Below are positions 1 through 13,542 of a stretch of DNA of 64,000 nt, piece after piece. The position numbers and the translations under genes are program-made. How positions within the stretch are numbered: position 1 is the stretch's first letter; every line of letters begins with the position of its first letter. The DNA is taken from contig NC_043004.1 of the NCBI RefSeq assembly GCF_006345805.1, forward strand, positions 68,262,001-68,326,000. The letters run 5' to 3'. The notes beneath the pieces are model-generated. The model was not told the origin of the DNA, did not search any database, and saw only the letters and a program-made list of their open reading frames with translations. The DNA is from Octopus sinensis (Eukaryota).

Positions 1-20
1 TATATATGATAGATCGTTAG

Positions 21-199
21 CCACTACACACATTTTTTTCTCTCCATGTTTCTCTCCTTTTTTTTTCTGTGTCGCTTCTGTAGAAGAGCGTAGGCTCGAA
101 ACGTAAAATACTTTTTCTATTCCTGAGCGTTGCACTAATACATCTGTTTGTTTTGTACACCACCTGTCTTCGTCTTTTGTTGTTTTTTTCGCAAATTCT

Positions 200-205
<6 letters not shown>
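21..205 (+). mobile_element. Short PLE-like 3' tail with minimal hammerhead-like motif (variant core CTGTAGA)
   Basis: 78-105 reads CTGTAGA-A-GAGC-gtag-GCTC-GAAA-CG-TA; flanked by (TA)n; related motif at 55993-56031 (-). Confidence 0.5.
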
Positions 206-246
<41 letters not shown>

Positions 247-300
247 TATATATATATATATATGTATACATACGATCGGCATCCATGCTCATATGTCATG

Positions 301-412
301 GTTAGCCTGAGGCGATGGCAGAAAAGACGTGTTCAAGACAGCGCGAATTGGGACAGAACCCGAAACCATATGATTGCAAATCGAGATCCTTAACTACAGA
401 GACATGCGAGCG
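301..412 (-). mobile_element. Degenerate tRNA-derived/CORE SINE head
   Basis: Reverse complement resembles the head plus CORE block of the SINE copies at 4674-5077 and 50001-50347. Confidence 0.4.
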
Positions 413-687
413 CATGTTTTTGATTCTCTTCCTGTCCCTACATTATTCTTTAGTCATCTCTCTCTCGTATTTACTAATTTCACTTGCTCTGAATTTTCTA
501 TTTCATGATATATGTACGAGATACCAGTGTATCGTTTGTAAGAGAATTTGACTATGATTTCTCGTAAGCGGAACAATCACAGCTGCAATTTTTGTTGGCT
601 CAATTTAGCATATATGTTATAGCCATTTGCCTATATCTTGTCCTGTTCGCAACTCACCAATTATTACAGGCATGAATTTTATTGTTT

Positions 688-1046
688 GCGGAGGCGCAAT
701 GACCCAGTGGTTAGGGCAGCGGACTCGCGGTCGTAGGATCGCGGTTTCGATTCCCAGACCGGGCATTGTGAGCTCCACGAGGCTCCGGCAGGGATGGTGG
801 TGATCCCTGCTGTACTCTTTCACCACAACTTTCTCTCACTCTTACTTCCTGTTTCTGCTGTACCTGTATTTCAAAGGGCCGGCCTTGTCACTCTCTGTGT
901 CACGCTGAATATCCCCGAGAACTACGTTAAGTGTACACGTGTCTGTGGAGTGCTCAGCCACTTACACATTAATTTCACGAGCAGGCTGTTCCGTTGATCG
1001 GATCAACCGGAACCCTCGTCGTCGTAACCGACGGAGTGCTTCCATT
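688..1046 (+). mobile_element. tRNA-derived SINE
   Basis: Pol III A-box (TGACCCAGTGG) and B-box (GGTTTCGATTCC) head; 5' part shared with 24132-24434; ends at a (TAT)n tract. Confidence 0.8.
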
Positions 1047-1096
1047 ATTGTTTGCATGCTTTATCATTATTATTATTATTATTACCATCATCATCA

Positions 1097-1155
<59 letters not shown>

Positions 1156-1159
<4 letters not shown>

Positions 1160-1235
1160 AGAATTATTTCGTTTATTCATTCTTTCGTTCATTTGTTCGT
1201 CATCTTCCTCTCACCCTCGCATCAATCATTGCGCG
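1156..1235 (+). repeat. 80-bp direct repeat, copy 1 (copy 2 at 2208-2287)
   Basis: ACCAAGAATTATTTCG...CATTGCGCG, 1 mismatch between copies, each preceded by (TAT)n. Confidence 0.95.
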
Positions 1236-1242
1236 CGCATGT

Positions 1243-1975
1243 GTGTGCGGTGCCCAGTAGGGAAATTTTCTCTATGTTATATTGTTAGTCCTGGTGTTTT
1301 TGTTATGTATTTGTCTGAATATTTTTTTATAATACCTAATGCACCAACTATGATAGGAATTGTTTCTGTCTTCAGACTCCATATTCGAGTTACCTCTATT
1401 TCCAGGTTTTTATATTTTGAAAGTTTCTCCATTTCTTTTAGAGAAACGCTGCCATCTGTCGGTATTGACACATCACTTAGAAAGCATTTTTCTTCATGAT
1501 CTTTGACAACTATATCTGGCCTAAATTCCTTAACTTCCCTATCTGTGTGCATCGATATATCCCATAGTATTTTTGCTTTCTCATTTTCTGTGACATTTTT
1601 TGGCGTGTGCCTATACCTTCTTTTTCTGTTGTTATTCCATAGTGTTGGCCTAGCTTCCAGTTATGTAGGTCTCAACTCTGTCGTGTCTGTTAATATTTTC
1701 CTTCTTAGCCAGGACTGGGCAGCCAGAGATAATATGATTTTTTTTTTTTGTTCATTTTCACATACTCTGTATTTACTTGTTATGTTTCTTTTCCTTATAT
1801 GATTTTGGTCATTTCTGGTGGTGTGGATTTGGTCTTGTGCTGCAATTAAAAATCCTCCAGTTTCTACCTTGAGTCCTGAGCTTCTCAGCCATTGTTAGGA
1901 TTTTGTTTTGTCAATTTATTTTACATTTAGTATTTGCCATGAATGGGGTTTTCTTGTCATTGTTTTATTATTTTT
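1243..1975 (-). mobile_element. RLE-type (R4/Dong-like) non-LTR retrotransposon 3' fragment
   Basis: Degraded HIISGCPVLA zinc knuckle, RHD motif, and RPDIVVKD...DVSIP...LSKYKNLEIE...IIVGALG restriction-like endonuclease (ORF 1277-1552). Confidence 0.85.
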
Positions 1976-1995
1976 AATATTATTATTTATTATTA

Positions 1996-2058
<63 letters not shown>

Positions 2059-2060
2059 TA

Positions 2061-2138
<78 letters not shown>

Positions 2139-2149
2139 CATTATTATTA

Positions 2150-2207
<58 letters not shown>

Positions 2208-2211
<4 letters not shown>

Positions 2212-2287
2212 AGAATTATTTCGTTTATTCATTCTTTCGTTCATTTGTTCGTCATCTTCCTCTCACCCGCGCATCAATCATTGCGCG
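2208..2287 (+). repeat. 80-bp direct repeat, copy 2
   Basis: Matches 1156-1235. Confidence 0.95.
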
Positions 2288-2799
2288 AGCCGCAACATCC
2301 ACTACATTGATTCTTCTGTCAGTCCGCATTAGTTTGATTTAAATTCTATCGACATTTATCAAAAAAGAAAAAAAAAAGATAACAATAATTAAGAAATGAT
2401 CAGTAAGACACACAGTAGTAACAAAAAAAGAAAAGAAATAACAACAAAAAACAACAACTATGTGTTCCAACTATGACAGCAAACACAACAACGATAACGA
2501 CGATTATAACCATGGCAACTGAAAAATTATTAATAAAAGCATACTGTAAAATGTAAAAAAAGTGAAATTATTTTTGTTCCTTTTTCTTATTGTTGCTGTC
2601 CCTTTCTCTCCGGCTCTCACTCTCTCTCTCTTATACTCTAACCTCTTCACCCGGCTCTCCCCCTCTCTCTCGTTCTCCTTCTTTTCTATACCTCTTCCTC
2701 TGACTTTGACTCCCATTTTCAATTTTCTTCAATTTTTCGATATTTGTATGTACTCAAAACTTCTCTTCCTCTACCTCCACCTCGTAATAGTAGCAACAG

Positions 2800-2816
2800 T
2801 AGCAGCAGCAGCAGTG

Positions 2817-2856
<40 letters not shown>

Positions 2857-2948
2857 AGTAGTAAAACTACTACTAATACTAATATACCTACTACTACTAC
2901 TACAACTACTACCATTGCTGTTGTTGATCCTGCTACTGAAATTTTCTT

Positions 2949-3016
<68 letters not shown>

Positions 3017-3149
3017 GATGATAAAACTAATACTACTAATAATGATAATATTATTAATAACAATAATAACAATGATTATGAGAATAATAATAATGATGAT
3101 AATGATAATTATAATAATAATAATGATGATAATAATGATAATAATAATG

Positions 3150-3198
<49 letters not shown>

Positions 3199-3266
3199 TA
3201 ATAATAGTAATGATGATGATGATGATGATAATAATAATAATGATGACGATGACGATGATGATGATG

Positions 3267-3355
<89 letters not shown>

Positions 3356-4242
3356 CATTTTTATTATTATCATACTTTTTTCTATCGTTGCTGTTAATAC
3401 ATCTGGTAGCATTAATAGTACAACTGCTATTGTTGCTGAAGATTTAGTCCTGGGAATCACAGTAATCACAACAGGATGGTATAACACCAACGTAGAAGAT
3501 GTTGAACGGAAATGTCGAAGAAATGAAGAAGATAAACGCTTCGAGTTAGAGACGTAAAAGACCATTCGACTCCATCCGAGGACTCTTTAGACCCTCAATT
3601 GTGACCTCTGTCACATTTTATCGTCGACATTTGGCGAATTGTGACCCCTGTGGACTATTGTTCCACGAGAGAAAAAAACGTCGGACTTGTCAGCCAACAA
3701 AGGCCCCGACATATGTTAAGAAGATCAAGCAAAGGAGGAGAAGACGTTGACGATTGATCATGTTCATGATGACGATGATGATGATGATGATGATGATGAT
3801 GATAGCGGTGATGGTGATTATCATCGTCACCGCTACCTTGACAGTTATTCATATTGCAGCCATTATTAATATCACTTGTAATGTTACTAGTGCAACTGTA
3901 TCTAATACTGCTTATAGGGAAGACAACGACGAGGGTCATGATGTGGAGGAGGAAGTGGTGGTGGAGGATGAGGGGAAGGGGGAGAGAGAATCCTGGTGAT
4001 CATGATGAAGATGATGATGATAATGATGATAATGACGATGATAATGATGATGATGATGATGATGACGATGATGATGACGATGATGATGAAGATGATTTCA
4101 AGGATTACGATGAAGATGATGATGAGAGTGACGGGAATTATATTGTTAATAACTCTACATCCAAACATCACCTTTACTATTAGTGCTGCTTCTACTACTA
4201 CTACTAATACTAATACTAATGCTTATACCAGAAGTACTACAG

Positions 4243-4290
<48 letters not shown>

Positions 4291-4300
4291 CTACTGTTTA
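2800..4300. repeat. Mosaic trinucleotide microsatellite region (TAG/TAC/TAA/TGA/TAT)
   Basis: Consecutive pure and interrupted triplet runs; source of the poly-N/D/I/S ORFs. Confidence 0.9.
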
Positions 4301-4673
4301 GATTTACGCTTCTAATATTAATCTTGACGACAAGGAGGGCGAGCGCGGGCCACCAACATCACACCATTTTCTTCTAATACTAACACTTGTACTAAACACA
4401 TCGGCTGCTAAATTATGTCGTAAACTAACCTTACACTTTACATGCAGTTATTGCTACACCCAGCTTTTGTTCCATAATTCTACATGTGCCCCATCAACTC
4501 TTCATGTAGGGCAAAGGCGAAGGACTTGTCCTATGCTTAGGAATATCACTTTACAACTATGTGATTTGGGGTTCAGTCCAATTAAATGGTAACTTGGTAA
4601 CCCCGGCTCAATCAATTGCTAGTGAATTTGGTAGACTGAAACTGCATTCGAGTCCTGACGCGTATATATTACA

Positions 4674-5077
4674 CTTTTACTCTTTTACTTGTTTCAGTCA
4701 TTTGATTATAGCCATGCTGGAGCACCGCCTTTAGTCGAGCATATCGATCCCAGGACTTATTTTAGTAAGCGTAGTACTTATTCTGTCGGTCTCTTTTGTC
4801 GAACCGCTAAGTTACGGGGACGTAAACACACCAGCATCGTTTGTCAAGCGTTGTTGGGGGGGGGGGGTACAAACACAGACAAACAAACATATACACACAC
4901 GTACATACGTATACACATACATACGACGGGCTTCTTTCAGTTTCCGGCTACCATATCCACTCACAAGGTTTTGGTTGGCCCGAGGCTATAGTAGAAGACA
5001 CTTGCCCAAGGAGCCACACAGTGGGACTGAACCCGGAATCATGTGGTTGGTAAGCAAGCTACTTACCACAGGGCCAC
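4674..5077 (-). mobile_element. tRNA-derived CORE-type SINE (octopus OR-like), near full length
   Basis: Head GTGGCCCTGTGGTAAGTAGC...GGGTTCAGTCC, CORE-like block CTTGGGCAAGTGTCTTCTACTATAGCCTCGGG, tail ...GACTGAAACAAGTAAAAGAG; several related copies in the window. Confidence 0.85.
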
Positions 5078-5412
5078 ATATATATATATATGCAAGTGCA
5101 AACGCTATCTTTAAGCTAACACGTTCCTCATTGATTTAATAGCATTGTATATTATATTCTCATAGTGTATACGTATAAATATGATTGTGGTATGCATGTG
5201 GGAAGAATCTGGAAATTCTATTCGTATGCACCTCTTGTACTAGTTGTTTCTCCGGACTATTAAAATAAGTTACAGCAGTAATATAACGTGCTGAAAATGG
5301 TACGCGTGTCTGTGAAGTATGAGATATCGATAAGGATAGCATTATTAGAGCTATTGATAACTCAAACTAAATTCTGTTTTATTTTTGCGTTACTGTTGCA
5401 CATCAGCAAGTA

Positions 5413-5977
5413 TTGGGTTGTCCGGAAAGTGCGTACCGAATTTTAAAGGAAAGAAAAGGTCGATAAATACTTGCCATTGCATTTTTAATCAACCAAATAT
5501 GAACCATTTTGTTGCACAATGCGTCTTTCTCTTTCATTTAACTTGAAAATACCCTCTTCCCAGAATTGAGGTGGTTTCATGGCAAAAAATTCATCAAGGT
5601 ATCTTTTTACGTCATCTAAGGAATTGAAATTTTTACCATCAAGACTATTCTGCAGAGACCTGAATAAGTGGAAATCCGAAGGAGCAATATCTGGTGAATA
5701 TGGAGGGTGGGGTAGCACATCCCAGCCGAGCTGCAGCAATTTTTGTCTGGTTCCCAAAGCATCAAGTGCCGAAAATGTACTTTCTTATCTTCTATTTGAA
5801 AGGGTAACAGAATTAACACAGGTTATAAGAACATAAACCTTCTTCCACGAAAAGATAGCTTCAACTGTGCTCTAAATGGAGGTGTAGTCAAATCCTATTT
5901 TATGGACACAACGATGTTCTAAAGTAAGTAGAAAGGTAAGCTACTATAAATCGGCACGAACTTTCCGGACAACCCAA
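5413..5977 (-). mobile_element. Internally deleted mariner transposon
   Basis: TIRs TTGGGTTGTCCGGAAAGT at both ends, TA at 5411-5412; ORF 5485-5757 has HPPYSPDIAPSDFHLF (mariner D,D34D C-terminus). Confidence 0.9.
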
Positions 5978-6538
5978 CATATTCTATAAAGTTTCCATAT
6001 ATACCCTAAACCCACGATTGAAATTCGTTTGGAGATCCCTCGAGTACACGATACTGAAGGGCTGCAAAATTAGCAAAATATTGATTTCAAATCTTGGTAC
6101 GAAGCCAGGAAATTCAAAGGAGGAGGGGAGAATATGATTATATGAACCACAGTATTCAGAGAGTTTGAAAAGTCCATTCCAATGGCATTTGATCTCATAA
6201 CGTAAAGAAGGATAAAACGCCTCCTAAGCATTTTATCCGACACACAACCAATTCTGCCAGCTCGCCGCATTAAATTAGGAAAATTTCGATATCCATTGTT
6301 CCCGGAATCTAGGTAATTCTATTCGTATGAACCTCTTGTACTAGTTGTCTTCCCTTGACTATTAAATTAAATTACAGCAGTTAGACAGACAGAAATTTAT
6401 GTATCTATTTTATTCGTACTGTGTATGTATGTATATTTATATAATGTTGCGTTTATATATAGTTTTACTTAAAAATAAGTAAATTTGTGTACTTGTGTGT
6501 GTGTCTGTGCGTGTGTGTGTGTGTGCGTGTGTGTGTGC

Positions 6539-6580
<42 letters not shown>

Positions 6581-7722
6581 ATTTATCCATAATATTCACA
6601 GTGATACAATAAATAAAAGAAAACAGACTGTTGAGAAATTATCTTTCTAAATGAGAAATTACTTGTGTCTTTTTATTTTATGTACAGTAATATTCGAGTT
6701 ATTCTTCAGCGGATTCATTGACTGAGTTTCCATATATATATGTGTATACTTATATCAACCAAAATCAGAGTCAAGACATGATAACGGTGGTCCTTCAAAT
6801 TACAGATACTGCAGATTCAACAAATTTAAAGCTACTTGACTTGCAAGGTTTGAACCAACACTTGTACATAGTGAACGATACATACATGTGATTCCACGCT
6901 GCTCTGCAAAGGAAACCGCCCTCATGATTTCGAATTGAATATTTTAATTATTCGATATCGTCTACGTTTTTTATTAAAAAGCTATAACTGTAATATACTC
7001 ATACATATTTGTACACACGAACACAGACATATAAAGATATTTATAGACCAACGTATAGATTGTGAGTACTTGAGACAAGCGCTAACATACACATAGATAT
7101 ACACGTAGATATACATCTAATATAATACATATGAACAAATACATACGAACACTTGAATCTACTCGATATCCAAGCAAACACACTTATCATATCTGAAAAT
7201 ACACATATTTGAAACATACAAAAACATATATACTTATAAATATAAACGTATCTTGTGCGTATGTATATAGACCTATATGTATGTGTGTGTATGTATACAT
7301 ATATATATATATGTATGCATCCTTGTATGTATGCATATATTTGTGTGTATATATATATACATATACATATATATACATATATATATTTATAAATATATAC
7401 ATACATAGGGATGAAGTGTTTATTATTTTATACGTACACATAAATATACTTGCATGTATATATCTATTTGATCGTGTGCATATATAAATATGTATATCTA
7501 TATGTGTGTGCATGTGTGTGAGTGCGTCTGTGTCTGTGCGTGCATCTGTGTGTGTGTGTATGTCTGTGTGCATGCGTATGTATATGTACATATATATATA
7601 TATATATATAATATATATATATATATTATATATATATATATACACATATAATTATATGTATATATATATGTATGTATATATATATGTGCGCGTGTGTGTA
7701 TATATATATATATATATGTGCG

Positions 7723-7753
<31 letters not shown>

Positions 7754-8122
7754 TGTACACGTCTAGACAAATGCTCACACACACAGACCTTCAGGCACGC
7801 ATCACACACGCATTCACACAAGTGAACGGGTAGACACAGATTCATGTATGTATCCTAGCATTATAAAAGCTACAATAATACTCAGTACATGGATATACAT
7901 ACGCCAGCTTCATTATATCCAATAACACCGTTCCAGACAACACCCTCCTCCCTGCCTCAACCACATACAGGATTTAACATTTTCAATCAGATCCCTCAGA
8001 CACACAAATAGAACCTAGAAATATATATTTTACACCGACACATTCATACGCAAACATACAGAGATGTGAACAAATATTTGCATATTCATATATAAAAACC
8101 TATATATATATATATGTATCTT

Positions 8123-8218
<96 letters not shown>

Positions 8219-8292
8219 GATAGATATATATAGATATATATACACACACATATATATATATGTGTGTGTGCGTGTATATATATATATATATA

Positions 8293-8325
<33 letters not shown>

Positions 8326-9689
8326 CCATATATCCATACATAAATACAAACACAAAATGTCTCGCACAAAGTCTCCCTTACACAATCACATATACACTCG
8401 TATATACTTTCACACAGTCGAACAAATATAAGAAGCTGCGGTGTTGGTACAGTGCTGGTTGTTGTTGTTGTTGTTGTTGATGTCGATTTTGTCGTTGTTT
8501 TGACCGTTGCATTGGATTGAATTCAGAATTGGCAATTATTATAAGATATGTGACTTTGTCAATAGCACTGATAACAGCAGCAACAACAACAGAAACAAAA
8601 ACACCAATGAAGATAACGAAAACAAGGAAACCTAACTGAAAGCAGACAGACAGCGGTGACGACAAGGACGACGATGGCTACGATGATGACGACGATGATG
8701 ATGACGACGACGATGATGATGATGATGATTATGGTTGTGGTTGTTGTTGTTGTTGTTGTGGTGGTGGTGGTGGTGGTGGCGGCGGCGGCGGCGGCGGTGG
8801 TGGTGGTGGCGGTAATGTTGATGGTGGCGATGATGATGATGATGGTGATGATATTGATGATGGGGATGAGGAGGAGGACAAAGAGGAGATGGTGGTTGTG
8901 TTGGTAGCGGTGGTAGTTGTGGTGGTGGTGGTGGTAGTGGTGGTCATGGTCGTGGTGTTGGTGGCATGGTGATGGTGGTGGCTATTGTGTTGGCGTATAT
9001 ATCATGGTGATGCTGGTGGTGTGGTTGTGATGGTAGTGGTAGTCGTGCTGGTGGTGGTGGTGGTGATGGTGATAGTGGTCATGGGTGTGTTGGCAGAAGA
9101 AATAATGTTGGTTTTGGCGGTGGCGGTGGCGGTGGTATTGACGACCACCACATCGACGACGGGGATGCTAATAAGGAAGATGAAGACGATGATGATGACG
9201 TTATCGAAGATCACCATTACGACGATAACCGGATGATGGTAGAGGCGACGATGGTTGTGATGATTGCCGTAATCCTCTTCATTTCCATTAGCCTCCTCAC
9301 TTTCGTCATCAACCTCCTGGTATTCATCATCATCATCTACATCATCATCGTCAACAACAACTACAACCTAACCACTACCACGGTTAACAGCATCCCGTCT
9401 AAAGCCACCACCATCTTCCAAGGCAACACCGAATACAATTATCATGTAATTATATTAATGAAGGTGATAAACATCTTAGTGACCATGATGATGATGATGG
9501 CGTCCGTTCTGGAAGTATTCACTAAAAATAGCTGTTCACAAATTTTCGAGATTTGTTCGTTTTCTTTCTATTCACAATCAACAAAATACTAGACGCGACG
9601 CGAATTTATATTTGTAGATATGCATATATGTATGTGGGTTGTGTATATTTCCATGTTATTTATTATATATATATATCTATATATATATA

Positions 9690-9768
<79 letters not shown>

Positions 9769-9777
9769 TATAGATAG

Positions 9778-9809
<32 letters not shown>

Positions 9810-9969
9810 GTAATGCGCGTGTGGTGTAGTATATGTATATATATATAAAGAGACACAATCATATACGTGTATATAAATTTCAATCGGTTACGTTGAAACA
9901 TACAATTAGTGAGAGAAGTAACACCTATACAGACACGACAACACACACACACACACAGATACACACACG

Positions 9970-10001
<32 letters not shown>

Positions 10002-10243
10002 TACACACACACAGAGATACACACTCACACACATACAGACACACACACTCGTACATACATCACTTTATTCAGCCAAACAAATACTTTAATACGCGGACGA
10101 ATAGATTTACAGTCAAGACTGTGATGCGCTCCGAAAATTTCTGCAACAACCTCAACATAAACACACATGAGATTGGCGAAATACAAACAAACGAACATAC
10201 CAATACATACATACATACATATATTTATGTATATATATATATT

Positions 10244-10283
<40 letters not shown>

Positions 10284-10516
10284 AGATATGTTTCCACCAA
10301 AGACTGGCCCAGACCATGTCTAATGTAACAACCCAGTGTCTATAAGTGTATGTATAAACATATATTATATATATATATATATATATAATATATAAATATT
10401 ATATATATACATATTATATATATTATACATACGTATATATATATATGTATATATATATATGTGTATATATATACATATATATACGTGTAGATATATCTAT
10501 ATATATCTATATATAC

Positions 10517-10567
<51 letters not shown>

Positions 10568-11193
10568 ATACGTATATATATATACATATACGAACACACT
10601 CACGTAGACCGTTAGAAAAGGACAAAGAGCAGGACACAGATGAAGGACCATGAAATTAAAATTATAAGAAAATCAAGAATAGAAAAAAAACATCAAATAT
10701 ACTTTTCTGAAAGATACAACAAAAATAACAGTACAAACAATAATATGAAAACAGAATAAATACAAAAAACAAAAACCTACAATGACAATCCAAAACCAAA
10801 AAAAAATACAAAAATATATAATACAATATATGAATAAATTAACGGACTAATATCTATAAGGAACAACAGAAATAAATGAAGCACAGAAAATAAAATAAAT
10901 AGATGCAAAAGAATGTAACATAAACACCGGCGTATAATAAATAAGGAACAAACAAAAAACGTATAGCAATTTGCTGGCTTGCAGCTTTCGTCATGGAAAT
11001 CGTTCAGATTATTCTTTTTGCTGATAAAACGGCAACATAACTCGATATAGCATAGCCATGATGTGTGTGGGTGTGTGTGTTTGTGTTTGTGTGTGTGTAT
11101 GTATGTATATATATATATATACATATATATATGTATATATATATATATGTATATATATATGTTATAACATATATTATATATATATATATATAT

Positions 11194-11247
<54 letters not shown>

Positions 11248-11344
11248 GTGTGTGTGGTATAAATATATATACATATATATATATTATATATATATTATAT
11301 ATATATATATATATACCTATATATATATATACCTATATATATAT

Positions 11345-11394
<50 letters not shown>

Positions 11395-11838
11395 GTGTGT
11401 GTGTGTATGTATATATAAATATATAAATGTGTGTGTTTTTATATATATGTGTGTGTGTGTGTATGTATGTATTGCATGTACGTATGTATGTATGTATATG
11501 TATATAAAAGTATATACATATATACAATATATTATATGGGTATCTCTGTGGTTGTGCGATTCAAATCTGCCTGTCGATGTTGGAAAACGTTTTATGTATA
11601 TAAGTATAAGCGTATATGCACATGTATACGTGTGTATATGAAAACATATCTCACAATATGTATACACACGTATTTACACATATATACGTATATTTCAATA
11701 TGCATGTTACCGGTCAGCGAGACTGTGCGCGCGCATAAATGTAAATATTCAAATACATACACCCACACACACCCACCCACACACACACACGCATATATAT
11801 ATATATATATATAGATAGATAGACACATATATATATAT

Positions 11839-11880
<42 letters not shown>

Positions 11881-12012
11881 TTGTGTGTGTGTGTATGTAT
11901 ATGGGATTGAGGAATGAGTAGATTTGTATCGTTTCCCTATTGGAATGCTATCTACATATTTTAGCCTAAGAAGCCAAAATAACGCTAATGGTAGACGTGA
12001 AGTGGAATCGAC

Positions 12013-12625
12013 ATATGTTATTAACATGAATGAGTCGTAAGTAAATACAAATACTAATATTCGTTTACACAGAAGTGAAATCAGAGATTATATATGTGTC
12101 ACGTGCGTGTGTTTTGGAGTGTTTGTGTATGCGCTTGTGTGCTCTCAATCAGAAGTGAGGTAAAAAGTAAATGGACCTCCTTTGCTTTCTGAAAATGTTG
12201 ATAATGGAGATTAAATGATTTGTGTGTGGATTACTTCAGTATTAAATTTTTAACGTAGAAACACACCAGTACACCATACACAACTGCAAAAATATTATAT
12301 GTACTTTAATGTCCTTACGTTTTTTCTTTCGTTTCCTAAAATCCACCCGCCAAGCCCCAGCTTCATATCACACCAGAAGCATTTATAAATGGGGTATATA
12401 TTAGAAAATATAGATAAATTACATCTAGGAAACACCTATGATTTTAATTTTAGCAACATAAGGTTAAACACATTGAGCTTAACAACAACAGTATGAAATA
12501 AAACGCGGTAGTACTGGTAACTTTTCTCAAGGGAGATACAACTTTAATTACAAATAAAAGATCTGATATTGTCTCCATCTGCCGACAACCGAATAATATT
12601 TTCTTTGTAAAATAGAAATAAATTT
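12013..12625 (+). repeat. Left arm of ~610-bp inverted duplication
   Basis: Reverse complement of 12973-13542 plus 14832-14873, with scattered mismatches. Confidence 0.95.
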
Positions 12626-13542
12626 CAAATTGTTTGTTTATAGATATGCTGGATTTCAGGTGAAGGTCAAATCGCTATTTGAAGTTGAAATAATGAAATC
12701 ATTACTATTTGCAAAATATTTGAAAATATATTAAGAACAGTTAAAATGTTTTTTTATCTCTATATTTGAAGCTAACCGGTTTTGCACTTTACACTGATTT
12801 TCAGACATCTTACGATTAGAACTTTTAGTAAATCAGTGTAAACTGTGAAACAGTTTAAAGCTTGAAATATAGTAATAAGAAAAATTTTGACTATTCTTAG
12901 TCCATTTTCAACTTCTATTTTCCCTATATTTCTACCCGTGCTGAATAAAATGACTTTGTTATATATATATATAAATTTATTTCTATTTTACAAAGAAAAT
13001 ATTATTCGGTTGTCGGCAGATGGAGACAATATCAGATCTTTTATTTGTAATTAAAGTTGTATCTCCCTTGACAAAAGTTACCAGTACTAGCGCGTTTTAT
13101 TTCATACTGTTGCTGTTAAGCTCAATATGTTTAACCTTATATTGCTAAATTAAAATCATAGGTGTTTCCTAGACGTAATTTATCTATATTTTCTAATATA
13201 TACCCCATTTATAAATGCTTCTGGTGTGATATGAAGCTGGGGCTTTGCGGGTGGATTTTAGGAAACCAAAGAAAAAACGTAAGGACATTAAAGTACATAT
13301 AATATTTTTGCAGTTGTGTATGGTGCACTGGTGTGTTTCTACGTTAAAAATTTAATACTGAAGTAATCCACACACAAATCATTTAATCTCCATTATCAAC
13401 ATTTTCAGAAAGCAAAGGAATTCCATTTACTTTTTACCTCACTTCTGATTGAGAGCACACAAGCGCATACACAAACACTCCAAAACACACGCACGTGACA
13501 CATATATAATCTCTCATTTCACTTCTGTGTAAACGAATGTTA

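Noticed and set aside
8378-9240. Poly-P/Q/T ORFs resembling a transcription factor
   Set aside because: Short, interrupted in every frame, no domain, and no convincing splice context
10980-11012. Minus-strand CTGAACGA...GAAAGCTGCA hammerhead-like string
   Set aside because: Core has an extra base, stem II is poor and there is no NUH site or stem I
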